Assembly (NCBI GenBank): GCA_030631525.1
Contig: DAOVKY010000001.1
Location: 1-36,916 of the forward strand
Reading direction: 5' to 3'
Source: a bacterium
GTDB taxonomy: Bacteria; JAHJDO01
DNA: 36,916 nt
The notes under the pieces are model-generated. The model did no database searches, was not told where the DNA came from, and saw only the letters and a program-made list of their open reading frames with translations. Positions 7,301-15,400 of the stretch are shown piece by piece (the first letter of the stretch is position 1; every line of letters starts with the position of its first letter). The position numbers and the translations under genes are program-made.

Positions 7301-9361
7301 GTAGACAATATATTTGCTGATCCTGCTGCTCTGACTTTAGACCTGATGGAGTATGCTGATGACGCTACAGCTCAGGCCGCTTATGTAAGCAGTATCAGGA
7401 CCCACGCTGACGGGATTAACTATGATGTAACGGCTCTGGGGGCTGATAGCATAACTGCTTCGGAAGCTCCTGCAGGGATTATTGCTGGAGAGATAGATCT
7501 GCTTATGAATATGCGAGGCGGTTCAACAAAATATGCTAATGTTGGGCAATACGAAACTGCGAAAGTGGCTTCTATCAACGCTAGTGTCATCACTTTAACT
7601 ACAAATATTTTAAAGATTTATGGCGAGTCTGCGAATTCAGATCTAACGGATCAGAAACTAATTGTCCAGCGAGTTCCTCAATATTCTGCGGTTACTATCA
7701 ATAATAGCGGGAAGCTGACTGCTACTGCTTGGAATGGAACAAAAGGCGGGGTTGTTGTCTTAATGTGCGCCGGCATTGTTGAAGTTAAGACAGGGGGCAG
7801 TATCGATGTTTCTGAATTAGGGTATAGAGGGGGGATAGGTTGTATTTCGGTTAACTGCACCGCATATCAGGGAGAAGGCAATAAAGGTGCTGGAAGTCAA
7901 TCCCTGCTTGCAAATGGCAACGGTGGTGGTGGTGGTTGGGGAATTAATAAAGTCTCTCCAGCAGATGAAGGAGCTGGCGGTTCAGGTGGACATATAAATG
8001 CAGGACAAAAGGGGAATGGAAGGGGTGGTGCCTATAAGGGCGGCGATGGCGGAGAAGCTGTCGGAAATGCTGATTTGAGTAAAATGTTTTTTGGTGGTGG
8101 TTCAGGTGGCGATGCACAACCTGAGCAGCCACAGAGGAATGGTGTTGCGGGTGGTGGTATTATCTATTTAATAACTGATGAAATTAAGGGGGCAGGTAAT
8201 ATATTTGCTAAAGGGAAACAAGGTCAAACGGAACAATGTTCGGGCGCTGGTGGTTCTGTTTTAGTTGAAAGGAATTTATATCAATTCACAGGCACTGTGT
8301 CTGTCGCAGGTGGTTTAGCAGGAGGCTGTGATCACTATTGTGGAAAAGCTGGCTCTGACGGCAGAAGTAAAACAGATTCAGAGGATGAAGATATAGTCGA
8401 GATACAAGGCGATTATTCATTAAAGGTTATTGCTAATCAGGATGATAGCGAGGACGGATATCTATTAAAAACCTTTGACTCTTCTTTGGATTTAAGCAAG
8501 GATAATACAATACAATTTTATACGAAATCAAACAGAGTTGGAGAGAATTTCAAACTGCAGATAAAAAGCGAGGATACGGAAGTCGTTACAGAAAAGTCAG
8601 TAAATATCCTTGTTGCTGATGAATGGCAGACTGTAGAATGGGATATTTCTGGGGTTGCAGAGAAAGATAAAAAAGATATCAAATGGCTCTATGTTGTAAT
8701 TACAAACGACGATGCTGAGAATACTTTTTACTTAGACAATATAATTGCTATAGGCGAGTATATCTCTACAGGCGAAGATCAAGTCTGGCTGGCAGTCAAG
8801 CGCACCATAAATGGGGTTGTAAAGCGATTTGTGGAGTATTTAAAGCCGCAAGCCTTTGCTAGTCTGCAGGACGCATTCTTCGTTGATTCTGGTCTGTCTT
8901 ATGATGGTTCTGCTGCGACAATTATATCAGGGTTGGATCATCTCATTGGCGAGGAAGTTGTTATTCTTGCTGATGGGCTTAAGATAGCGGCGCAAACAGT
9001 CAATGCAAGCGGGGAGATAACGCTGGAGACGGCTGCAAAGAAAGTTCATGCAGGTCTAGCTTCGCTTCCTAAGATACAAACAATGAATATAGAGGCTGGT
9101 TCTCAATTAGGGACTTCACAAGGCAAAATTAAGCGAATACACGAGGTTAAAATCAGACTGAAAGATACAGTCGGTGGTAAATTCGGTTATGACGAAAATA
9201 ACTTGGAGAGCATGTCAGGAACTGTCTTGTTTTCAGGCGATAAAATCGTGACCTTTCCTTATGGTTATGAGCGGGATTATTTCGTCATGATAACGCAGCC
9301 AGATCCTTTGCCGATGACAGTGATTGCGCTAATGCCTTCTATTGTTACAGAAGATGGATAA
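4355..9361 (+). CDS. Giant tail tubular protein B / nozzle-like protein (1,668 aa) with NHL propeller, three CBM-like modules and a Gly-rich domain inserted
   Basis: AAGGAG RBS and GTG start. The N-terminal part (about 370 aa) and the C-terminal part (about 200 aa, e.g. GKIKRIHEVKIRLKDTVGG) look like a podovirus nozzle core. It sits downstream of the gp11-like gene. The insert is described under findings. Confidence 0.65.
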   Translation: MPRQDPILSNFTAGEISSSLYGRVDLAKYYNGCRLLENYLIKPQGGAVRRPGTYYVEDVKYHNRKVRLIPFEFSDTQAYILEFGHEYIRFYMDEGQLQSGSAAYEIASPYQESDLFELDYAQSADVMYIVHPDYAPRKLTRTGHTAWTLSTPSFTANPFTGANKYPSCVEFFEQRLFFANSNDDPQKIWGSKSAEYENMTTGAGDDDAVEYTIAASKVNAIRWLQAKDVLLFGTIGAEWRLGATSASEPITPTNVLCRRQSTYGSALVKPVTVGQAILFLQRARRKVRELVYSFEQDTYLAPDMNLLADHMTKSGIVDMAYQQEPDSILWSVLSNGYLVGMTYQRDQEVVGWHRHITNGKVESVACIPSKEVISAIKESEIDWMEYPTDALAQNAYPAYPRKEIDYMEYATNVLAQAAYVSDGSAVADWTTYGSRGIGIGQFYEIKGIHYDPASGFIYVADCHNDRIVKTKIDGTGWTTLGGFNKPIGIYYDSASGFIYVGNANSNNIVKTKIDGTGWTTLGGFSEPRGIYYDSASEFIYVIQAHLIIKTKIDGTGWTTYGSQGSGVGQFSYPSGIHYDPASGFIYVADYNNGRIVKTKIDGTGWTTLGGFNKPRGIHYDPASGFIYVADYSNDHIVKTKIDGTGWTTYGSQGSGVGQFHSPFDIAYDPASGFIYVADYYYNDRIVKTDAGWGGLLTLQSYSESIIKWQGSYSLKGVALITESLNDTLTRTVSPTINMSGQNNIFLDVRASRTGSNFKIEFHDSGGNTITHTINIVAANTWQTEDIDISAVADADKDAIDQIKITILNADAENIFYLDNIFTGIDLKAYSAYPAHEYDRGNGSDGEITLGSTKNINTDVISCSLQCYSEGTIKTQGTYALKILSDLTGSLNQTLTRTVNPVIDLTDKTAIKLDIRASRTGENFKIEFHDSGGNTISHTIDIVAADTFQTDTIDISSVANADKDAIDQIKITVLNADASNIIYVDNIFADPAALTLDLMEYADDATAQAAYVSSIRTHADGINYDVTALGADSITASEAPAGIIAGEIDLLMNMRGGSTKYANVGQYETAKVASINASVITLTTNILKIYGESANSDLTDQKLIVQRVPQYSAVTINNSGKLTATAWNGTKGGVVVLMCAGIVEVKTGGSIDVSELGYRGGIGCISVNCTAYQGEGNKGAGSQSLLANGNGGGGGWGINKVSPADEGAGGSGGHINAGQKGNGRGGAYKGGDGGEAVGNADLSKMFFGGGSGGDAQPEQPQRNGVAGGGIIYLITDEIKGAGNIFAKGKQGQTEQCSGAGGSVLVERNLYQFTGTVSVAGGLAGGCDHYCGKAGSDGRSKTDSEDEDIVEIQGDYSLKVIANQDDSEDGYLLKTFDSSLDLSKDNTIQFYTKSNRVGENFKLQIKSEDTEVVTEKSVNILVADEWQTVEWDISGVAEKDKKDIKWLYVVITNDDAENTFYLDNIIAIGEYISTGEDQVWLAVKRTINGVVKRFVEYLKPQAFASLQDAFFVDSGLSYDGSAATIISGLDHLIGEEVVILADGLKIAAQTVNASGEITLETAAKKVHAGLASLPKIQTMNIEAGSQLGTSQGKIKRIHEVKIRLKDTVGGKFGYDENNLESMSGTVLFSGDKIVTFPYGYERDYFVMITQPDPLPMTVIALMPSIVTEDG
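5639..6430 (+). repeat. Six tandem coding repeats of about 117-141 bp (NHL-type propeller blades) with long exact DNA matches
   Basis: The blade consensus is WTT(Y/L)G..(F)..P.GI.YD.ASGFIYVAD..N.RIVKTKIDGTG. For example, about 62 nt at roughly 6002-6063 recur exactly at roughly 6269-6330. Confidence 0.85.
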
Positions 9362-9365
9362 ACTA

Positions 9366-9374
9366 TGGTATAAT
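9366..9374 (+). promoter_or_regulatory. Extended -10 element (TGgTATAAT) upstream of an HNH gene
   Basis: tggtataat at 9366-9374, followed by tgtttttGGAGGA and ATG 9392. The same layout occurs at 35804-35812. Confidence 0.35.
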
Positions 9375-9391
9375 GTTTTTGGAGGACTGAT

Positions 9392-10003
9392 ATGCCAACA
9401 GGAATTTACATAAGAACAAAAGAAGCAAGAGAGAATACAGGAAAAGCTAAAATGGGAAAGAAAAATCCTATGTTTGGGAAGCCGACTTGGAATAAAGGGA
9501 AAGTGGGAATTTATTCAAAAGAAACCTTAAGAAAAAACGTTGAAGCACATCTTGGTAAACACTCTGCGAATGAATTTAAAAAAGGACATAAAGCTTGGAA
9601 TAGAGGATTAAAAGGGGTTCTGAAAGCTTGGAATAAGGGAATTCCTAATCCAAATTTTCAGGGAGAAAATAATCCTAAATGGAAAGGTGGCATTACTCCT
9701 TTATACGACCGAATTAGAAAGCTACCAGAATACAAAGAATGGCGAACGTCTATTTACAAGCGAGATAACTATACCTGCCAAGAATGTGGCAGTCAAGAAA
9801 GCGGGACACTCAATGCACATCACAGTGATAAATTCTTTGCTGAATTACTTGCAGAGTTTCTGCAGGAGTATGACCAGTTCAGTCCGTATGAGGATATAGA
9901 TACGCTCTTGCGATTGGCGATGAAATGGCAGCCATTCTGGACTGCTGAGGGAATTACATATTGCGATGATTGTCATATAGAAGAACATAAGGGAAAGCGA
10001 TAA
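9392..10003 (+). CDS. HNH homing endonuclease (paralog family 'WKGGITP...DQFSPYED...CH')
   Basis: GGAGG RBS. The sequence NPKWKGGITPL...YKEWR...RDNYTCQECG...HH...LLAEFLQEYDQFSPYED..TLLRLA.KW.PFW.AEG...C..CH is shared with 19821-20516 and 35833-36516. Confidence 0.85.
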   Translation: MPTGIYIRTKEARENTGKAKMGKKNPMFGKPTWNKGKVGIYSKETLRKNVEAHLGKHSANEFKKGHKAWNRGLKGVLKAWNKGIPNPNFQGENNPKWKGGITPLYDRIRKLPEYKEWRTSIYKRDNYTCQECGSQESGTLNAHHSDKFFAELLAEFLQEYDQFSPYEDIDTLLRLAMKWQPFWTAEGITYCDDCHIEEHKGKR

Positions 10004-10441
10004 ATGGATATACACAAATTCTGTAAAATGCACATAGAAAAGCTGGATATCCCGAAAAATGAGAAGATAGATTTTTTAAAGTATTACGATTTATTTCTTG
10101 ACGGAGATAATTCGCCTTGTTTCACAGTTATGGATAATGACCTTGTAAAGGGTTGCGCGGGAATAAGAGGAATTAGTAAGGGGGTTGGAGAAGCTTGGGT
10201 TGTATTCAATCACGATTTCCTTGAAAAGCATAAAAAGGTTCTGTGCGTTAAGATTAAAAACTATATAGATTTTATTTCCGTAACATATGATTTACACAGA
10301 ATACAAGCATTAGTTGAATGCGATAATGATATACATAGGAAATTTATTAAAGTGATGGGTTTTCAATTTGAGGGCACACTCAGGGCTTATGATGAATATA
10401 AAAACGATTGGTTAATGTTTAGTATAGTGAAGGGGGTTTAA
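10004..10441 (+). CDS. Small GNAT-like (acetyltransferase-fold) protein
   Basis: The C-terminal pattern RIQALVECDNDIHRKFIKVMGFQFEGTLRAY...DWLMFSIV is typical of RimJ/RimL-like GNATs. The motif A region (RGISKGVGEAW) is atypical. Confidence 0.45.
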   Translation: MDIHKFCKMHIEKLDIPKNEKIDFLKYYDLFLDGDNSPCFTVMDNDLVKGCAGIRGISKGVGEAWVVFNHDFLEKHKKVLCVKIKNYIDFISVTYDLHRIQALVECDNDIHRKFIKVMGFQFEGTLRAYDEYKNDWLMFSIVKGV

Positions 10442-10442
10442 C

Positions 10443-10916
10443 ATGATAGGCGCAATAATAGCCATTGTCGCTGCTTTAGTCTCTGCTGGTTCCGCTGTAT
10501 ATTCTGCGCAGCAACAGCGTAAAACGGCGGCTTATAGGGCTAAATTAGCAGAGGAAGCCGGCGAGGAAGTAAAAGCAGGGACTGAATTGGATGTGGCCCG
10601 ACACAGGGAGAGAATAAAAAGACTAAGATCAACCCAAAGGGCTAAGTATGCGAAGTCTGGTGTTAAAATGGAAGGTTCGCCTCTTGAAGTGCTTGCTGAT
10701 ACTCAGGTTCAGGCTGATCTTGACGAAATGATTATCAGACATGGCGGTTATGTTACCGAGAGAGCGCATCAGCGTTCAGCTATGTGGGAGAGACGTGCTG
10801 GCAAGTCAGCTCAAACAGCGGGATATATAGGCGCAGGAACGTCGCTATTATCAGGCGCATATAGTGCCTATTCTGGTTATTCAGCCAGAAATCCTAAATT
10901 GTCAACAACAACGTAG
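10443..10916 (+). CDS. Internal virion/ejection protein (small, N-terminal TM, Gly/Ala-rich C-terminus)
   Basis: GGGGGT RBS. The N-terminus is MIGAIIAIVAALVSAGSAVYSA. It is the first of three genes at the position of T7 gp14-16. Confidence 0.5.
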   Translation: MIGAIIAIVAALVSAGSAVYSAQQQRKTAAYRAKLAEEAGEEVKAGTELDVARHRERIKRLRSTQRAKYAKSGVKMEGSPLEVLADTQVQADLDEMIIRHGGYVTERAHQRSAMWERRAGKSAQTAGYIGAGTSLLSGAYSAYSGYSARNPKLSTTT

Positions 10917-10924
10917 GTGTAATT

Positions 10925-12454
10925 ATGGGAAGAATACCGATTTATACTTCTCGGGCCACTATGAGAACGGGGCCAATTGTCAAGCCTCATCCTAAAACAG
11001 GGACAGAGGTGTCTGAGGCAATAGGTGCGTTTGCCCGGACTGTTGGCAAAGTTGGGGAGGACTGGGCTACTCAGAAAGCTTCGGTTGAGGCTCAGGCCGA
11101 GTATGCCAATAACACGCTTCTATATAAGCAGGCAGTAAATAACAATATTACAGTTCAATCCGAAGATGCGAGTATTGATCCTGACGATCTGGTTCCAAAT
11201 TATAAGAAATCAATGCAAGAAGTTTCTGGATCGTTGGTCTGGAAAAGCAAACTTGCACAGAAGCAGTTTGAGCTTAACAAAGGCAATTTTGACTTAGGGG
11301 CTGAACAGAGACTTAATGTTCTTGGTAGAAATAGATTTATCGCAAACATAAAGGCTGGGTATGAAACCTCTCGCAAGGCTGCAGTAGATAATGGGGATTT
11401 AAAAGGCGGTTTGTTAGCTCTGCAGGCGATAGAAAGTTCTTTTACTCCGGAGCAATACAAAGCTGAGAAAATAGACTTAATACACGACGTAGAATATGCT
11501 CAGGCTGGGCGTGCTTTAGCTTTGGATATAAATGCGGATTTGAAAGAGTTTAAGAATATATCCAAAGAAGAAAAAGTCAAATTGGTAAATAATGCCAAAT
11601 CTGCTGCTAGGGCAGAGGCAAATAGATTAAAAGCGGAACGCAAAGAAAATGAAAAAATATATTTTGAACAGACAAATGATACTTTTGATGAAGCATTTAG
11701 AAAAAATGAATTAACTATGCCGGAAGTAAATAATTCGATTTTACCTACCAAAGGAGAAGGTGGCAAGATTTGGTGGCGCAAAAAATTAACAACAAGTCCT
11801 GCAAGTGAATCTGATATTTCAGTAGTAAAAGATATAAGAAGAAAACGAGCCATAGGGACGCTTACTCTTGTTGATATAGATTCAAAACAAGACAAATTAA
11901 CTAGGGCTGATTATATTCGCTTTAGTAGTGAAAAAAAGAAAAGACAAAAAGAGATAATTGACGGTAAATATATTCCTAGCGTATTTGAAGAAAAATCATA
12001 TATGTTTATGGATGAATTAGATAGACTTGTAGATAATGGCACGGTAACAGACAAGGAAGCAGAGGAAGCAAAGTTGAAGTTGCCCGAACAATTATATGAT
12101 AGAGCAATGAAGGAAGGATTTACAGAAAAGCAAATTACCGATTATTCAGAATTTCTGATAGGAAGCTATTTATTAAAAGAATCACAAATCAGAAGGGATG
12201 CCTCAGCATTTAAAAAATTCATGAGCTTTATGGGTTCAAATGTTCAAGGACTTATAAGAGAATCTCGTAGAGAAAAAAGGGTAGAAGCATTACCCACAGA
12301 AGCCGACTTTCCAACTGAAGAAATAGAAGAAGAGGCGATTGAAATTAAAGATATCACTCCAGAGAATGTTGCGCATTTATCTGATTGGTTAAAGAAAAAC
12401 AAAAAACTTGTTAATGAAAAAAACATAAGATATTTATATGAACAACTTAAATGA
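10925..12454 (+). CDS. Internal virion/ejection protein (coiled-coil rich)
   Basis: 509 aa, K/E-rich and helical. Assigned by synteny with gp15-type proteins only. Confidence 0.45.
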   Translation: MGRIPIYTSRATMRTGPIVKPHPKTGTEVSEAIGAFARTVGKVGEDWATQKASVEAQAEYANNTLLYKQAVNNNITVQSEDASIDPDDLVPNYKKSMQEVSGSLVWKSKLAQKQFELNKGNFDLGAEQRLNVLGRNRFIANIKAGYETSRKAAVDNGDLKGGLLALQAIESSFTPEQYKAEKIDLIHDVEYAQAGRALALDINADLKEFKNISKEEKVKLVNNAKSAARAEANRLKAERKENEKIYFEQTNDTFDEAFRKNELTMPEVNNSILPTKGEGGKIWWRKKLTTSPASESDISVVKDIRRKRAIGTLTLVDIDSKQDKLTRADYIRFSSEKKKRQKEIIDGKYIPSVFEEKSYMFMDELDRLVDNGTVTDKEAEEAKLKLPEQLYDRAMKEGFTEKQITDYSEFLIGSYLLKESQIRRDASAFKKFMSFMGSNVQGLIRESRREKRVEALPTEADFPTEEIEEEAIEIKDITPENVAHLSDWLKKNKKLVNEKNIRYLYEQLK

Positions 12455-15400
12455 TTTAGATTTTAGCAAGGTGGATATGTCTAAACTTGAGGACGCGCCT
12501 AAAAGCGTTATGATTGACTTATCTAAACTTGAAAAGGAGCCTGAAAAGATAGAACCGAGAGAGTTACCTAAGTGGGAAGCATTAGATTTCGGTGATAGGG
12601 TTTTCAATAGGATAAGGAGTATTTCTCCACAAGTTTATGATAGAAATGTAAGAGATGCTAGAGCAATAAGAAATTTCATGGAAGAGACAAAAGAAACACT
12701 TACAAAAATGCCGGATCCAGAGTTAATATTGGAAGGAATCCCAAAAGCAGTTGCCAAAGGTTCTATATATACGCTATCAACATTAGGCACTCAAGTTGAA
12801 TGGTTTGGCGAAATGTTGGCAAATCCCTCTCTTAATGAATTAAATCCTATGACACCGGCAGAAAAAATGATGGCGAATATGAATAAAGTTGCTGGTGATT
12901 ATGTTGCTGAATATGGCAGGACAGCGGCTGAATATTGGGCGAAAAAAGCAGAAGGAATAAAGTTTACGCCTGAACTATTAGAGGCTTTGAGTGGAGACTT
13001 AAAAGATGAATTCTGGTTAAAATCAAGCGTATTGGTATCGCAAGCCATTCCTTCATTGGCAATGTCATGGGGAGTTGGAGCAACCACTGGAAGCACGATT
13101 GCGGCAGTTGCAGTATTAGGCGGATTGGAAGCGGCGCCGGAATATAAAGCCGCCAGAAAAGCAGGAAAAACAGTTGAAGAAGCCACTCTTATTGGTGCTG
13201 CTGTATGGGCTGGAGTAAGCGTATTAGAATATTATCCAATGAATTTTATTTTAGGCGGCGGCACAGGTAAGGTAATGAGTTCAATGTTTATTGCAGGATT
13301 AGCAGGAGCAGGAGAAGAAGGATTACAGGGGATATGGACAAATCTAGTAGCCAAAATAGGATATGATAAGACAAGAGAACTAATGGAAGGATTTGCGGAA
13401 AATATTATAGCAGGGGCAGGTTCTCAAGGTTTATTTGGTGGCTTTTCAGCCAGTAGAATGAATAGATTTACAGAATTAAAAAATGAGGCAGGATTAACAA
13501 AATCAGAATTAGGCATGTTGTATGAGCAGATAACCTCTCTGATTATAAAGAAAGCTCCTGAAATAGAAAATAAATTGAAAGCACTTCAAGCATTAGTTCC
13601 AGCATTAAGTATTGAGGAGATTAAAAAATTAAAATTGCCTGAGACAGAAAAAGAAATATGGCAGATGACAAGAACAGAATTAAAAGCATATAACGAGGGA
13701 AAACTAAAAATAGCAGAAAAAGAAGGAAAGGATATATTCTTTCAACAAAATTTATATCCTACTGATGAACGCACATTGGGAAGAATACATGAAGAAAGTG
13801 TTATGCGAGCGATTGAAGAAGGAGAATCTATCCCAAAAAAGGTATTGGCAGAATATCCTAAATTAAAGAAAAAAATCATAACACCGGCAAAGAAACCTGC
13901 TAAAGTTGTAAAAGAAGTTAAAGAGCCTGTTGAGACATTTACTCAAAAATTACAAAAGATAGAACAGGAATTCAAAACCGTAAGAGCTAGGACAAAAGCA
14001 GAAATAAAAGTAATTCAAACAGAAATTATTAAAGAATTAGAAACATCAAAACTTGAAGCTAAAGACAAAGCAAAGTTTATTCGGGCAATAAAGAACGTTC
14101 AAACACAACAACAGCTTATTAAGCAACTGCCTATCATACAAGAGCGTGTTGCTACATTGGAAACAAAGGCGCAGGTCAGAAAGATTAAATCGCAGATCAA
14201 GAGAACTGTTAAAGCTACAAAACCGAGAAAAGTAGCAGGGAAACCAAAAGGCAGGTTTACGCCAGAAGTTCAAGAGGTTTTGGATATTTTTAGGAATACA
14301 GTTAAATTAGGTCAAGATGCTGCAATAGAGCGTCTTAATGCCAATCTTGCGAAAGAGGGGATACCTTCTCCTATAAATGCGCTAGAGAATAAATTGCTTT
14401 CTCTTATGTCCGGACAGGCTCTAACTCCACTAGAATTGCAAGATTTATTAGGCAATATAGCAGCATTAAAAGAGGGTGGAGCTGCTATTGCTAAAATTGA
14501 AGTTGTAAAGAAACGTGAACAACGCAAAGTTGAGCGGGAAGAATCATTGAAGGATATTATCGGCACAAAAACACCAAGCATATCACGCATAAAAAAAACT
14601 GGCGATAAACTAAAGAAAACTTTCAAATCTCTTAGTCATACTGTATTGGGTTGGGATAATTTAATGAATCTGCTTGCTATTGATAATAAACTTGCACCCG
14701 GAGAAAGTCGTATAGAAAAAATAACAAAAGTGAGCCATTTAGAGACAGCAGAAAAACGAACTGTGCGCATTGCCATTGAAGATGTTACCAAAAAGGCTAT
14801 GGATAGCTTCGGATTTACTACAGAGAAGCAACTTATAAATAAATTCAGAGAAGATTCCAAGATTGAATCGTTGGGAATATTTAAAAATGCGAGAAATGAG
14901 GAAGTTAATTTTGAATTAAGCAAATCAGAAGCGCGCAAATTATGGATGGAAATGCAGGACAAAACATTGCGAGAAACATTTTTCACTGAAAAAGGCAATG
15001 CCTATACAGCTACCATGATGCAGGCAGTTTATGAATTCTTGGGCCAAGAAGATAGGGCATTTGCTATGGCTCAATTAGATTTCTACCGAGCTTTTTATAA
15101 TCAAGTTAATGAGGTATATTCAAAAGGCTATGGTATAAATCTGCCATTTAATGAATTTTATAGTCCGATAAGCAGAGAGTATAAAGACATTACGATCACA
15201 GATGAATTTTTAAAGGAAATGAATTTCAGGCGTTCAGTTACTACCGGAAGCCTGAAGAGCAGGATATCTAATGTGAGACCAATAAAACCGCAATCTGATA
15301 TAGCAGTTTTGCAAAAACATATAATTGAAATGAGCCACTTTATTGTCTGGTCTGATAAAATCAGCCAACTAAATAATATATTCACAGACAATAAGATAAA

